From the NCBI GenBank assembly GCA_951406725.2, contig OX597814.1, forward strand, positions 192,386,001 through 192,450,000: a DNA stretch of 64,000 bases, given 5' to 3'. Below, one piece after another: positions 63,356 through 64,000 of the stretch (position 1 is its first letter; the number at the start of each line of letters is the position of its first letter). A program made the position numbers and the translations under genes. The notes beneath the pieces are model-generated. The model worked only from the letters and a program-made list of their open reading frames with translations. It was not told the DNA's origin and did no database searches. The DNA comes from Octopus vulgaris (Eukaryota).

Positions 63356-64000
63356 AACTGAATGCTAGAAGAGTTGTGTCCCACCCACATGTAACAACAA
63401 CCTTTTCACATAAGCTACCCCAAGAAACTGAACTACATTTCCTCTTCTAAACTGTATCTTTCTCTTCCTCATATTTCCTCCTCATAAACTATGATTGTCT
63501 TCCAATCCTCTTTCTCGCCCTCACTGCCCTGGTCACTGTATCGCTGCATTCCACATCCCCCACCCCCATTTTTCTACCTAGATTTTCAACATATATATAT
63601 CAAAAGGATCAAAAGTCTTTCCCAAGCCATAGGCTCGTCAGGCCAGTTTCCCAGATTCTGCAGCTTGTATAATCCCCTACTATAGTCTGTCCCAGGATTA
63701 CACATTTGTGTCAGCTAAGTGGAGTGGATCAATAAGAAATAAGTGCTTTGCTTAAGAACACAATACATCACCCAGTCCAGGAGCTGGCAGAAACGTTTTT
63801 TGTCTGCCTTTACGTTCTGAGTTCAAACTCCACCAAAGTTGACTTTGCCTTTCATCCTTTCGGGGTCGATAAATTAAGTACCAGTTGCCCCCTCCCCCAA
63901 TCGACTTGCCCCCTCCCCCAACATTTCAGGCCTTGTGCCTATAGTAGAAAAGAATCTTACAATCACTAGTGCAACGCCCTAACCACTAAGCCATGCACCT

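Overview
Eukaryotic, AT-rich, repeat-dense genomic DNA, most likely octopus (inferred from the SINE families and the (TATG)n/(TA)n microsatellite load; not verifiable here). Two intron-containing genes can be assembled by hand with consistent GT-AG splice phases. (1) Plus strand, 22189-31363, three exons, 341 aa: a signal peptide, a short Gly tract, a 10-Cys Ly6/uPAR (three-finger, Quiver/Sleepless-like) domain, then about 190 aa of Gly/Ser-rich GSWG repeats with no GPI signal. This unusual architecture is the best novelty candidate. (2) Minus strand, 52875-40139, six coding exons, 269 aa: ENKD1 (enkurin domain-containing protein 1). The rest is mobile-element debris: CR1-like, Tx1-like, RTE, R4/Dong-like and R2-like LINE pieces, a Penelope GIY-YIG remnant, hammerhead-ribozyme-like motifs, Helitrons, mariner/pogo/hAT/piggyBac/Merlin-like MITEs, at least four SINE families, a 22-bp minisatellite and long intronic hairpins. 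Most ORFs in the supplied track are artefacts of microsatellites or SINEs. No rRNA, true tRNA or CRISPR array was seen. Repeat boundaries are approximate unless a TIR or TSD is cited.
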